Notes under the pieces: model-generated | Database searches by the model: none | Seen by the model: the letters and a program-made list of their open reading frames with translations, nothing else | What the model was told of the DNA's origin: nothing | Shown: positions 25,873 through 38,600 of the stretch, one piece after another | Position numbering within the stretch: the stretch's first letter is position 1 | Layout: every line of letters starts with the position of its first letter | Position numbers and translations under genes: made by a program | NCBI GenBank assembly: GCA_965649765.1 | Contig: OZ287754.1 | Span: forward strand, 37,200,001 to 37,264,000 | Reading direction: 5' to 3' | Length of the DNA: 64,000 nt | Origin: Bispira polyomma | Taxonomy: Eukaryota

Positions 25873-27740
25873 TAAATATATCAGCAGAATTAGACTGGGG
25901 AGCCACAGAGTTGTATTTCTTAGGCATTGACTTTTCAGAAAATTTCAGAAATGAATTTTTCCAAGGAACTGCTTAAAATTAAATCTGTTACAAAATCATG
26001 GAAAAATAGATATCTGACCCCAATCGGCAAAATTACTGTTATTAAAACCCTGTTAATTCTGCAGTTAAACCACTTATTGGTTTCCATTCTAATATCACAA
26101 AAAATGATGGATACAATAAACAAAACCCTTTTTGAATTTTTGTGGGATAGAAAACCTGATAAAGTCAAGAGAGAAACAATCTATACAATTTGCAATCAGG
26201 GGGGTCTAAGTATGATAAATATTTGTAACTTTGAAAAATCATTAAAGTTGGGTTGGATGAAAAAAATAGCTAATATCACATATGACACTTCTCCTTGGTG
26301 TCAAGTCTTATTAGAGATATCCGGTAATTTGGATAAAGTTTTCACGAGAGGTGCTGAATGGTGCAAAATAATACTGTCTAAAATGTCAAACCCATTTTGG
26401 AAACATGTTTTTTCTATATGGATAGAATTTTGTGGAGTACAAAAGTTGCATACAAATTTAGATGTCATGCAATCTTGTTTGTGGTTCAATAGACAAGTGT
26501 CAGATGCAATTCTATTTTTTCTGGATTGGGAAAAGAATCGAATACAGATTGTAGGTGATATTGTGAAACCACAGGCAAACCAATGAGTTTTATAGAAATA
26601 CAGAGAAAATATAACATAAAAGATGACTGCCTAAATTACTATCAAATAAGATCAGTTCCTTTGGCATTTATAAAAAACATAGGATAGATGAAGTATTTAT
26701 TGTTACAAAGCCACATCAACCAAAACACATTTAAATTCTCTTTGAACCACAACAGGGTAGCCGAAGGTTTTATCAAATTATGAATAATAATAACTCGCTT
26801 AATAAACCACAGTGTGAAATAAAATGGAATAATAGACTACATTTAAGTTTTGGTTCTGAAGAATAGAAAAATGTGTATAAAATATGCTTTCACACAGTAT
26901 CTGACAACTACGTCAAGTGGTTTCAATATAAGATACTATATAATATTTTTGGAACAAGACGTCGCTTGTATCAAATTAAATTGATAGATACTGATAAGTG
27001 CAACCTATGTGGAAAAGACCCTTAAACAATAATTCATCTTCTGTCAAAATGTGAAAAGTTAAATATTTTGTGGTCTGCTATAAGTCAGTGGATTAACCAT
27101 AAAATCAATATTGACGTTAAATTGACCGAGTTGGAAAAATATTGGGATATCAAATTCTAAATGAACATTTTTGGCCTTTAAATTATATCCTATTAATAGC
27201 TCGAAAATGCATTTTTCTGTGTGCAACAAAAAAGTATCAGTTAATTTTTTAGATTTTACAAAAAGAACTACAAACAAGGTACTTGGAAGAAGAACATTTA
27301 GCCAAACTTAATGGCTCAAGTGTAAGATTTGACCGGATATGGTGTAACTGGAAGCATATTGTATTAAACTGCTAAGATAATTAACAGGAAAAAGTGGTAC
27401 TATCTAGTAAAAAGAAAAATCAATGTTATTATAATTGGTTAAAGTTTGATGCTAGCTATTACAATATGCTTCATAAAAAAAGAAAAAAAACAACATAATA
27501 AAAAGTCATGTGGATTTTTACCTTTCCCAGAAGAGATAAATATTCTTTTTTTTCCCAATATGTCAATAGTTTGTAATATAATATAATTGTATGCAAATGT
27601 AACAAAAGTAGTCCAATACTACTATTTTATTATGGTTAAATGTACTTATGTTTCGAGGTGATACCTAACTGCCGGGGTAAATCACCAGTATATTGTAAGT
27701 GGCAGAATAGGTATAATAAAAAAAAAACAATAAAAAAACA
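25873..27740 (+). mobile_element. Tx1/L1-clade LINE ORF2 3' part and 3' UTR with A-rich tail
   Basis: FLGIDF, W..RYLTPIGKITVIK, LWDRKPDKVKR, GGL.M, C-terminal CNLC..TIIHLL..C zinc motif near 27000, A-rich tail at 27714-27740. Confidence 0.88.
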
Positions 27741-30217
27741 ACAATGTGGCAGTCATATAAGCAATGAAAACATAGTTTCTCGTGAGAATGCACTTTTATC
27801 CTTAGATCCCCAAAATTAAAGCTCAAATATCTTACAACATATAAAACTAAAAATATTTTGATTTCTATTCTTAGAAAAATGTCTTTGAATCTAGGTGATT
27901 ATAACTTTCATGCATTTCATAGAGCTAGAGCCAACATGGCTTTTGACAATCAGGTTCCCCTGAAAAAATAAAAACTCATGGTCATTGGAAAAGTGAAGCA
28001 GAGTGGGCTTTAACGACACTACAATAAGTTGAATTGTGTTCAGGTTATTTCAAGACTCAAACATTAGAAGTTGTATATAGGTTAACTAACTTTGACAGGT
28101 TAAAGTTATCTGGGCCAGTTGTCATAGGTCAAGCATGGAGGGTCAAATGTAGGGGGCATATTTCACACTTTGAACAGATTGGGTTAATGATACACTTTTG
28201 CTGATGTAAGTTAATAAACATCATCTGCTGACATTTAACCTGGCATAGCTTTGTTGAATGTGGGTAATGAAATTAATACAATTCAACAACAATGAAAAAA
28301 TGTAACTGAGACTGTCATATTAGAGAGAGATGATAACTCTAAGTGTAACTCTTACGGATGTTAGTTTATTAATATTGTAACATCGTTTTAAATCGTATAG
28401 TGATGCAGTAAACCCAAACCTTGTGTTATACTTATACTCTAGCTCTATTATTATGTTGCAATGCTTTGGCTAAATTGAATACAAGAAAAAGGTAGATATA
28501 TACATTGAGTATAAAGGTGAATACTAATAAAAATGTTGTAATCATCATTACTTGTGTGAATTGTAATTCCATGCAATCAATAAAATTAAATAAAATCTCA
28601 CTGTGCTTAGTACTGGTGTCTTTTTTGGTGTCAATTTATTGCAACACAAATATTGATAACATAGTATGACCTAATGGTTCCTTACAATAACAGATATACA
28701 TACTGTACCCCTTTTAATTACCCTCCCCCTTTTCTCCACCTTTAAAATCATATGTTGTGATTATGGCAACATATTAAATTAGAATCCCTTGTGGTTTCAA
28801 GCTTTATTTCAAACAATTTGAAGAATAAAACAATACTGCCAGGTTACTTAACAATTGCCAGCTATATATGTATAATGTGTTACTCTAAATCAAATGCACT
28901 CCCCTAATTTTTTATTAGAAGTAATTTCATAAAACAGTGGTACTTATCACAAAAAGTGTAACCTGCGATGAGCAATGGAAATTTCCAAACCAGTTGCTCT
29001 TCATAGGTGGTTATCTACATGTTGACTTGAAATAATAGTCATCACAATGAAATGTTAGTAACCACTATGAATATATAGGCTTTATTAGGGGAAGAAAGTC
29101 ATTATATTGACATGTAGTGAAATCATTAACATCAAATCTATTACAAGTTTACGTTTAAGTCATTTTCTTTATTTTAAGGCTTCAAAATGCAATTGCAATG
29201 GCCATTTAAGAGGTGTTAGTTGCAGATTTACTAAGCTCTAAACCTATTATTAACAATCTCCAATGCAAGTATGTGGAATTAATCGGAGGTAGCCAAATTT
29301 AGACACAAGACCCCATTGAATGATAAAAGCATACAATACCCAGATTATGGCCTGAACACAATTATTTTAAGAGCAAGACAAAACAATTTCATGTCACAAT
29401 TTAAACATAAAAAACTGAAGGTTTTAAGGTTTTAAGAATTAAAAAAATTGTAAACATTTGTATTTGAAAAAAATTTATAATATATGCCTGAATAAAAATA
29501 TTGTTTTGGATGAGAGGGGTGATTTCTCTTCACAGATGACTTTAGGGATATTAAATGAGGTGATTGCAGGTGGTTGGTGTAGACTGTATTAATGCTTTGT
29601 AAAAGTTTGGCTGATATCAATGTCACCTATATATAATTGGAATAAATTAAATTAAATAGCATTAAGTTTAGTCTTTACTTATATGTACCACTCTATCCAA
29701 TTAACAGAATACAGGCAAAATGAAGTAATCACAATCCTACACTTCCATTAACTTAGCTCAGACGAATGCACTAATACTACATAATCATTTTGTTATTTAA
29801 TAAAGATAAGTGTTTAAAAATAGGATCTTATACTGGAAACAGGATACCTGGGATTATTACCATCATTATCATGAGTGTGTTATCATGGGAGATAATGGGC
29901 CCTAATCTTATAAAAAAGCGAGAATAATTTTAGCAAATGAATCTTAAAGTGAAGGAAAACAATAATAAAAGCATGTTTTCAAGGAACTAAACAATCAAGA
30001 GACAAGCTCTAAGTCTATTTTGTAACTTTGAAGTGTGCTTTAGTAATTTATGAAAACTGCATAGTAAAATTATAACAACTGTGTTCAAGTTTATCTTTAC
30101 ATATCTTGTCTTCACAATCATTTATACTGGTTAAAGAGACTACATACTTTTTTAAGTTGACAATTGCAATACATATTTAGGTCACCTAACACCAGCATTA
30201 CCAAAATCATATGACTC

Positions 30218-31525
30218 TTAAGCTTTGTCTGCATTCCTCTTTCCGATTCTCACAAAACTACTCAGACGTTTTTCTTCCTGTGGATCACTGGACTCGTCCC
30301 AGCTCTTGCCAATCCTGACGAAACTGCTCATCCGCTTTTGGTCCTCCTGTTGGTTTGGTTCATTGTCCTCGAAACTCTTGCCTATGCGAACAAAGCTGGA
30401 GGCCCTCTTCTCTGAGTCAGAAGAGAAGGGAACCTCTTCATTAGCAATGCCTTTACCGATTCGCACAAAAGAACTACTGGCTTTTTTATCAACAGCATTG
30501 TCTTGGGCCATAGGTTGATGGTTACCTGTTTCGAGTGGTAGAGATTTACCAATTCGTACAAAAGAACTAAGGCGCTTTGATACTTCTGGCTCATCATCGC
30601 TGTACTGCTCTCTTTTGCCTATCCTGACAAATGAGGAGTAGCGTTTCTTGCCACCTCTACTGGTCCTCAGGATAGGGCTTGGCCGGCCAATACGTACAAA
30701 AGAGGAGGTAGCCCGCTTGTTGGCACCGTCATAGATTTCTGGATTGCGACCAATGCGTACAAAACTGCTTAACCTCTTGGCCATAGCATTATCCTCTGCC
30801 TCAGACTCTGCATCATCAACATTGTCATCATCCTTTTTACCAATACGTACAAAAGAACTCATTCTTTTTGGCACTTCATACATATCTCTGTCTGTCTCAT
30901 CCAGACCGTCTACCATAGGCTGTCCATCCATGTCAGAGGATTTTTTACCGATTCTCACAAAAGAACTTGGCCGTTTGTACACAAAGCGGGTTGGATCACT
31001 CTTACCAATACGTACAAATGAACTGGCCCTTCTGTTTAGGTCAGGTCCTGCTGCTGCCTGTAAGGCTTTACCTATCCGTACAAAGGAGCTCATTCTTTTG
31101 TCCTCATCCATCCCTGCACTACTACCATCTGCTTCATTTCCTTCGAAACTGCCATCAACACTGCGCCCAATACGTAAAAAATGGCTTCGCTGTTTTCCTA
31201 GCCTGATGAATGCCGATTTCTGTCTCTTGTCAAAGTCATTGGAATTAGACTCGCTCTGTTCAAAGGTCTTATCCCATAGTTGTGGAATGTCCTCTTCAAC
31301 CAGTTCACCTTCTTCTTGCCATTGTAATAGCATGTTTTTACAGGCTGTCAGACATTCTTTGAAGTCTATGTACTCCACCTGTTTGATACAAATGTCACTG
31401 CAAATCAGAATATCCTCTGTACTGGCTTGCATAGTGGATATATGCCCCAGACATAAGGTCAAGGTGATCACAGCTAGGGTCCATTGCTTGTAACACGGTG
31501 TTGTCCAGTAAATAGGTGGCTCCAT
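30218..31525 (-). CDS. FxRIa: FxRIamide (xSSFVRIamide) neuropeptide precursor, 435 aa, single coding exon
   Basis: ATG at 31525 (the track start at 31528 is GTG). Hydrophobic signal peptide, a 4-Cys N-terminal segment, 12 xSSFVRI-G-K/R copies plus QKSAFIRLG and SHFLRIG, each after basic cleavage sites, with acidic spacers. No stops. Confidence 0.95.
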   Translation of the reverse strand: MEPPIYWTTPCYKQWTLAVITLTLCLGHISTMQASTEDILICSDICIKQVEYIDFKECLTACKNMLLQWQEEGELVEEDIPQLWDKTFEQSESNSNDFDKRQKSAFIRLGKQRSHFLRIGRSVDGSFEGNEADGSSAGMDEDKRMSSFVRIGKALQAAAGPDLNRRASSFVRIGKSDPTRFVYKRPSSFVRIGKKSSDMDGQPMVDGLDETDRDMYEVPKRMSSFVRIGKKDDDNVDDAESEAEDNAMAKRLSSFVRIGRNPEIYDGANKRATSSFVRIGRPSPILRTSRGGKKRYSSFVRIGKREQYSDDEPEVSKRLSSFVRIGKSLPLETGNHQPMAQDNAVDKKASSSFVRIGKGIANEEVPFSSDSEKRASSFVRIGKSFEDNEPNQQEDQKRMSSFVRIGKSWDESSDPQEEKRLSSFVRIGKRNADKA

Positions 31526-31555
31526 CACTGCTTAGTGTAGTCTGCTTGTGGTTTT

Positions 31556-31580
31556 CTGAAAAAAATAGATATATTTTTAG
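31556..31580 (-). other. 3' splice acceptor of the FxRIa coding exon
   Basis: Minus strand ctatttttttcag|aaaacc, 30 nt upstream of the ATG; implies an upstream non-coding exon that was not located. Confidence 0.7.
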
Positions 31581-32266
31581 TTTAATGTCACTTGATGTGA
31601 AAGAAAGAAATGAAAGACAATGTATATTTTCTCTTTTTATCAGACATGTCCTTCATTATTTACTAATTACAATTCCACTATGATAACTGCATATAAATCA
31701 ATAGCGTCATGTATAACATTTCTCAATACAACCAGTGATATTTGTAAACAAAGCTTACACGTACATTGGGAAATGGTATTGAATTTCAAAAGCGACCCAA
31801 ACACATAAGGGATTTTTCAGATCACCTGTCGTTTAAGCATTGTTTTCATAGTGTCTCTACCCAAATACCCCGTGTAATTTGCACACTTTTTTGTAAACTA
31901 ATTGTGTTTATAATTGCTACAAAAAATATGTAATCCTTTGTTTGAAATGTAATAAAAACTTCGCCTGTGGAGAAGGTTTCTTGGATAAAGATGTCGTGGG
32001 TTGGCATTTCTAGACATTGATTATCTTTTTTGGATCTATTATTCTTTTGTAAATAATTGTAATTTGGTTAATTAATTTGGTTGTGTGTAAATAAGATTTT
32101 AATGATTCCATTTTCTGATGTATTGTGATATTTTAGAATAAATAATGTTGATATCAGTGGTATATAGTTAGCACCCGCGTAAAGCATTTAGTTGCAAACT
32201 TATTTAAACTGCAGCATACTGCATGGTAAACAAAGCAAGCACCTCTACATATCTATAAAACCCATT

Positions 32267-32573
32267 CATAGGTCCCTTCACCCAAGTTCAAGCAGCTCTT
32301 GGAGTATAAATCTATGAGAACCTTTAAAATCTACCACGGTTTCTGTCATAAATCTCTTACAAAAAAATGAACAATAAACACTGTTATATTTAATTAAGAA
32401 TACAACAGGGCACCATATTGTTAAGCAACACCTTTTACAGTTTTGTATTCTACTTACTTTGGACGTTATTTCCTTAAGTCTTTTAAACACAGCCAGGCCA
32501 TTAACATGCTGGAGGTGTAACTCTCTAAAGGGATTTCCCAGTAAGGACCGGCTTGGGTGAAGGGATCTAATGA
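32267..32573. mobile_element. MITE-like element with ~22-bp terminal inverted repeats
   Basis: tcataggtcccttcacccaag (32267) and cttgggtgaagggatctaatga (ends 32573). Confidence 0.5.
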
Positions 32574-34254
32574 GATTACTTGAAAAACCCACATTTATTA
32601 AAAGATTTGATTCGTTGAGAAGAGCTCTCGGCTAAAAGCTTGGCTTCAAGTCTGGTAGCCTAAAAAAAGAACCCACAACTTATAGAAAGTTATTTGTATG
32701 TCTTTAAGTAACTGTCTACCCTGGTGAGCATTGATATATATTTTTCAAAAAGATTTTCTAAATTATGTGTGTTTATTTTTGGTACAGGATGAACAGACAA
32801 TATAGGAAATATTGCTATATAAGGTACAGGTGTAATTTGATAGATAATATCAGCAAGCAGTTTAAGTCCATGATGTGGATACCAGACTAGTTTCTGGGAG
32901 GCAGCAGATAAAACCCTGCCTCACATTTAAATAAGGGGCTTGGAAATCTCTAAGTCTCCTGGGAGCCATTAGTTTATTGTAAGTATGTTTAAGGAGATAT
33001 CAGAAGTGGCATGGTACAAACAATGTTAAATAATCAAGGGAGTTTTTCCAATGGTTATCAGTCTGGTGTGGAGGTTAATATCAGTTTTGTTCTAAATTCC
33101 TATAGTGCCCCCCCCGAAACATGTAATAAAAACGCCCAAAAAATATTTTTGTTGTCTTTTCTTAGCCCTGACAATAAGCCGTTTTGCTTATAGATCTACG
33201 AGTTGCTACAAGTGTAGTATATTACTACCACAGACATTTGTATTCATTGTAAAGCTTTTAGTATCTAGCCAAGGATATCTTCATGCATCACAATGAAATG
33301 CTTGCCGTTCCTGACAGCCCTTTCTTACACTGAGACAAAAACTAAATCTTCCATGGCTTTGGTTGTCAGAATTACTTGGAACTGCTGCAAAAATGCAGAA
33401 ACTCATTATACTAATTATATATTTATTCTTCAGATATTCCTTAAGCATCCAAAGTATGGGTTACAAGTTATACAATATACATATGAACTTTCCAAAATGA
33501 ATAAGGTGTAAAGAAGTGTATGTTACAGTCTCCTGAGAAAATCATCACATTGAGTTTATACTCTATATACATGTTACAGAATATGGTTAGTGTATAAAAG
33601 TTTGGCTATTAAAGATGTAGTTTCCTTTTTGAAGATTATAAGTTTCAGTAAGGTTAACTTTAGCCAAATCTTTGGGTTTACTTAAGTGAATTTGTAACTT
33701 TCCAGCTGAAGCTATTTAACATTCCGATGGTTCATACTTTGTTTGCATACTGGAGGAATAAACAATTAGGTTTTTGCGTGATTTGATATATAAGAAACAG
33801 TTTCTTTAGGTTAACTTCAAACAGGATATTTTTTATAACAGATGAGTCCATGCTCTTCATTTGAATTTTGTATTCTGCAATTAACCTTCTGTTAATTCTT
33901 TCCTCTGTTTTCCAGCAGGTTGACTTTCTATTGCAGAAGATTTGCTTTGTTACAGCTCCCCACTGGAGCAAAAAGTGACAGCATTGCCACTGAGGGTGAA
34001 ATCAGGAAAGTTTATAAAGGTTAAATGAAGTTATTATGCTGATGACCTATCCTAACGACATCATGTACAGTTTTGTATACAACACCTACAATGTTCTGAA
34101 AATCTTACAGATTTTTTTGATTTTTTATATGTAGTGATTTTCAAAAAGTAATTAAACCCAATACAGGATTACACTTCAAAGACCTTCAGTTCTATCAGAT
34201 ACAGTTAGCCGTTGCTAGAGAAAGACAAATAAAAGCCACACAAAAAACACAAAT

Positions 34255-34540
34255 GGTCATTAATTTGCAGTTACAGTGGCTTTGGAGCACCATGTCCTGG
34301 ATTCAAAACCGGACAGATTGTGTGGATACTAAAACACACCCTGTATAAGGTGGAGTATACTAAAACACTCCCACTCGGGGTACTTTTTTACCACCAGGGA
34401 CATGGTCGATTTATACTGATATCTTCTGGCAGGTTTTTTGTCCAGATAGAAACAAATCATTGTTCGTCGTGTAGATCACTAAAAGAATGGGCCTTGTTTT
34501 TATAATTGTGGTCCATTTAAAGGCAAGCACTCGGAGGCGG
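34255..34540 (+). mobile_element. degenerate tRNA-derived SINE
   Basis: B-box-like ggattcaaaacc at ~34299 followed by a SINE-like body; boundaries uncertain. Confidence 0.3.
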
Positions 34541-35728
34541 CTGTTACTTTGATGTAAAAGCATACAGGGCTAATAAAATGTCAGATTCAGGGACATGCAT
34601 AGAATAAACTGGCTTGATAACTGTATTGTTGCATTTTTTGTATTTATCATTTAATGCTTACTTGACAAATGAGATAAATACGCCTCGACTAAGAAAAGTG
34701 CAGTTTAGTAATCTTTAGTGCAGTTTGTGTAAAGGATATTAATGAAGGAACTTTTTTTTAAATTGCAGTCACATTTGAAGTGTTTTACTTCTCAATGTAA
34801 TTCTACGTTGTGTCAACTTATCAGTCTGTAAAAAACACCAGATAAAAAAAATATCAAGCCAACTTTTCCAGAACTAATATATCACAGGACGTGTACTGTG
34901 TGAAGAGGTTTCGAGGTGATGTAATTAATACTCTAAAAAAACCTCCTCAAATCATTTGAATTAAGGAAGAGAGTTATTAAGTGTTGTCTGTAAGCTCTAT
35001 AGGGGAGGACAGAAGAGATGGTGGTTTTGTTCTTAGTTAGTCCTATAGTGTTTTTTCTATTCATTGATTGATTAGCCTAGTCTGCTAGGTACTTGTGTTT
35101 TGCAGAAACACACACACACAGAGGGTTTATTTATTCAGAAAGAGAATGGAACAAGAAACAAAACTAAAGCAGAACACAACAAATGTAGCAAAATATGTCA
35201 CAATGAGTGACAAATTAATGAATGACACAGAGCCAAGACAACAGCTCCACCTACCCTCCTTTATAGTCATAAATCTAGTGTACTATACCAGTCTAAGTCT
35301 AGGCTTAAAGTAATATTAAATAGTGTTGGGCACCTACATGTCTTGTCATACAATTCTATTCTATTAAGATATATATATTACCGGTAAGTTGCATTTCACA
35401 GTAACTACACAATAAACCACACTACTTTTTAGCTTTTGGAATATTAGGGATAGAAACTAAAAGTCCTGACTGAAGTGTCGTCAATAGTAAAAAAAAGACA
35501 AAAAACAAGATTTCCATGGGAAGACAATGTGTTTTAATGTGTGGGAGGAGGGGAAAGGCTCAAACCATGCATAGTTTGGGGTTCTGAAAGGAATACCAGC
35601 AAAAATACTCCCACCTTATTTCCCTTTTAATAAGAATTAAGCATGTACTTTTATTTGCATTTTTTACCCATACACAAGTAAAAGTTTAAGCCAATAATTT
35701 GAAAGGAAAAAAAAACCTGGTTGAAGAA

Positions 35729-35983
35729 TATGAGTTTGAATTTGGATATTTAACGTCCACTGTAGTACCTGTTTAGGTTATATTGGAACGGATAGTTGGA
35801 AACGCTGGAGGAAACACTGCATACAGTTGATCAAGGTTCTGCACTGAAACCAGCAGCCAATAATAAGGAACTACCACCTTTCCCACATAGGCATCGATGG
35901 GATTCGAACTAACGCCACCCAGGGGTGAGAGACCAGTGATTGTGAAGCACAATGCTTGCTAACCACTACGCCACCGCGGCCCC
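35729..35983 (-). mobile_element. tRNA-derived SINE with 14-bp TSD
   Basis: Minus strand GGGGCCGCGGTGGCGTAGTGGTTAG (A box)...GTTCGAATCCC (B box), body and tail. Flanked by acctggttgaagaa at 35715-35728 and 35984-35997. Confidence 0.9.
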
Positions 35984-36629
35984 ACCTGGTTGAAGAAATA
36001 CATTATTATGCTAACATTATATAGACAAGCAAGGAGATTAAGATCAAGCGGAAATTGCTGCCAACAGTGCCAAAATCTACCCACAGAACAACTGATCGTT
36101 CTTTTAATGCTTTAGAACAGATTACCAATCAACATTAGACAGATTAAGGAACTGTTAAATTTTAAATTTTAGACAAATGTTTTCAATTATTGGAATTGAA
36201 TAAATAAGATCTTCGAAATATTGAAATTCAATAAATAAGATCCCCCAAAAAATAACAAATCGGGATATCATGTTCTATGCATTTGGTTAACAATTTTCCC
36301 CAGACTGGTATAAAAAGGTATTCTTTCTCCACTACTTTACGATTAAAAAGCTAGAGGTAATGTTTGTTTTTCAATATAAAAGTGGTTATGACTTCAATGT
36401 GACAAGACTATACAGCTTTCAATTGGACAATAATTATAAAGTAAATACTTATATCAAAGGCTAAATGAAGCAAAGGACATCCCTCCAGATTGTGAACGAA
36501 AATAGTGTTGTAAATTTGAACATAGTTCATGATAAAAACTTTTAGAAAGCAATGTACAAGGTGTGTTTTCACAAAACAAATAACATTTTGATACATAATT
36601 GAAACATTTACATTTACAATGTATATGTC

Positions 36630-36768
36630 TTGACAGAAACTCCAATCTGACAAGATTTGAGATACTGTCAACAGAAACTCCAATTGGAATTTCTGTCGAC
36701 AGAACCTCCAAACCTAGTTTATTTTTCACCATTAATCATGATTTAAATTTTTGTCGACAGAAATTCAA
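36630..36768. repeat. cluster of gacagaaactccaa motifs in both orientations (probable MITE subterminal repeats)
   Basis: About five imperfect copies, including the palindromic tttctgtcgacaga. Confidence 0.4.
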
Positions 36769-37896
36769 ATAATATTATTAAAATTTAAACTTTGAAACAG
36801 ATATCAAGGAATTAAAACATATTTTTTTAAGATCAAATTAATTATAATAAACTTTTAACATAAATTGTAATACGTAATCCATTTTAAAAGACATAAAACC
36901 AAGATTAATAATGTCTAATTATAATGTTACTTTCATTTACTTTACTTATGTGTCTATCCAAGAGGTTATAAAAATCTGCCTTATGATCCATATTCACACA
37001 ACTTTAAATGATACATTTCAGCTTCCAAAGCACAAAGGGCCATTCTGTTATCTAAATTGCAATAACTCAATCAAGACCATTTAAAGGTACTACTGTAATA
37101 CTCTGGTATGCATAAATAATCTTTGATCAACTTAAAAAAAAAACAAAAAAAAAAACAAACTGTTATTCCTTTTTCTTCAATTTATTTATTTGTTATTTTT
37201 TTACTCTTTATTATTTCTTTTTTTAAAAGCAGGGAATGTCTCACAATAAGTAGTGTAACTTCAGACATTACCTTTCAACATCAGTACCCATTGTAACATC
37301 AGTGTATTGTATAATATTATGCTGGATAAATATTATTTTTTTTTAATTTTAATGTTACTAAAGATTTGAATTTCTGTAAGCATAAATTCCAATTGGGAAT
37401 TATGTCTATATATTTGGTTCCAATATAGAATACTACAATACTACAAAAAATTCTTAGTACACAACATTTGTTGTATACAATCCGAGTGTCTGATTGTGAT
37501 TTATGCCAACTCTGTGGCCAAAGGAGTGAAACAATTGTTTTGTCATAAATCTTTAAAATGATGTTAAAAGCTCGATTGAGAGCACAATTGGTCATGCACT
37601 AAATCTAACTAAATAAATCGGATATTAGGATATTATTCACCGGGTTCAAGTATTTGGCCATTAAATTTTGTTTTGTTAACCACTAGACACTTTATCTTTC
37701 AGAGTGCTGAACTTTCATAGCTCATAGGATATAGTGGAAACAAGAAATACAGTCCAAGATATGTGATACTTAATACGCTTTTACCATAAAATGGTCTCCG
37801 TGGAGGAATATTTTCAACTAAGTATTTAAACTACTTCTGGTATTTGTACTTTACGGTGAAGTGAGAAATGTTATTTTACTAGTATAACTAATATAA

Positions 37897-38011
37897 TATA
37901 GATTAATATAGATTTCTTCAACTGGCATAGTAACAAGTTACCATAACTACTAAAATGGTTATAGATTCATATAGATTTCTTCAACTGCCATAGTAACAAG
38001 TTATCATAACT
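37897..38011. repeat. two-copy tandem duplication, period ~63 bp
   Basis: atatagatttcttcaactg(g/c)catagtaacaagtta(c/t)cataact occurs twice. Confidence 0.75.
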
Positions 38012-38600
38012 GTTTTGCATACAAAGTATATGTAAACGCTCTGTAATTATTGGCAGTTTTTCTAATTCGTACCCTAATGGGACATTGTACCATTTCCCTT
38101 TTTTTTAATAATCTATTGATAAAAATAAAATGGATGTAAGTTTTAAATCTGGAAATAGAACAATTTCATTCAAAAAAGGGTGTAAAGACCGAAATTAATC
38201 TATTGTAGTGTCAATAAATATTTTTAGGGACCTTAAATACTTGTGGTTGTATTGTACTTTGGGTGTCAGGACATCAGGACATCACTTAGTATAGGTCCCT
38301 ATGGAGAAGTGGTCTGTATAACGAGGACGGTTCTATCACAGGCTTTGACTGTGAGTATATAGGGTTTTGAAAGCTAACGCCCCAGCGTTGGCGGCCTCAG
38401 TTCTGGGGTACCAGGCTGTTCACTACTATGGGATGGATGGGCGAGTATATAAGCCACCCCCCTTTCGAATTCTCCCACCTTTTACCGTTTGTCAGCAGAG
38501 CACTAGGAAAATTCAAATACTGTTTGGGTGACAAAGAGAGTGTTTTATGTTTTATACTGTTACATGGTTTTAGTATTTTAATTCAATATACACTCAAGTC

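Noticed and set aside
30230-31210. Regularly spaced ~24-bp repeats with unique spacers (CRISPR-like look)
   Set aside because: Repeats vary at synonymous positions and encode SSFVRIG; eukaryotic context with no cas genes.
30225-31493. Plus-strand ORFs of 249 and 97 aa with LPIRTKEL repeats
   Set aside because: Antisense shadow of the repetitive FxRIa codons; no independent features.
35215-35270. TATAAAG plus Inr-like TCATTC on the minus strand as the FxRIa promoter
   Set aside because: Spacing is ~42 nt and no convincing downstream splice donor was found; unsupported without transcript data.
35905-35983. tRNA gene
   Set aside because: It is the head of a TSD-flanked SINE; the same applies to 52340-52406.
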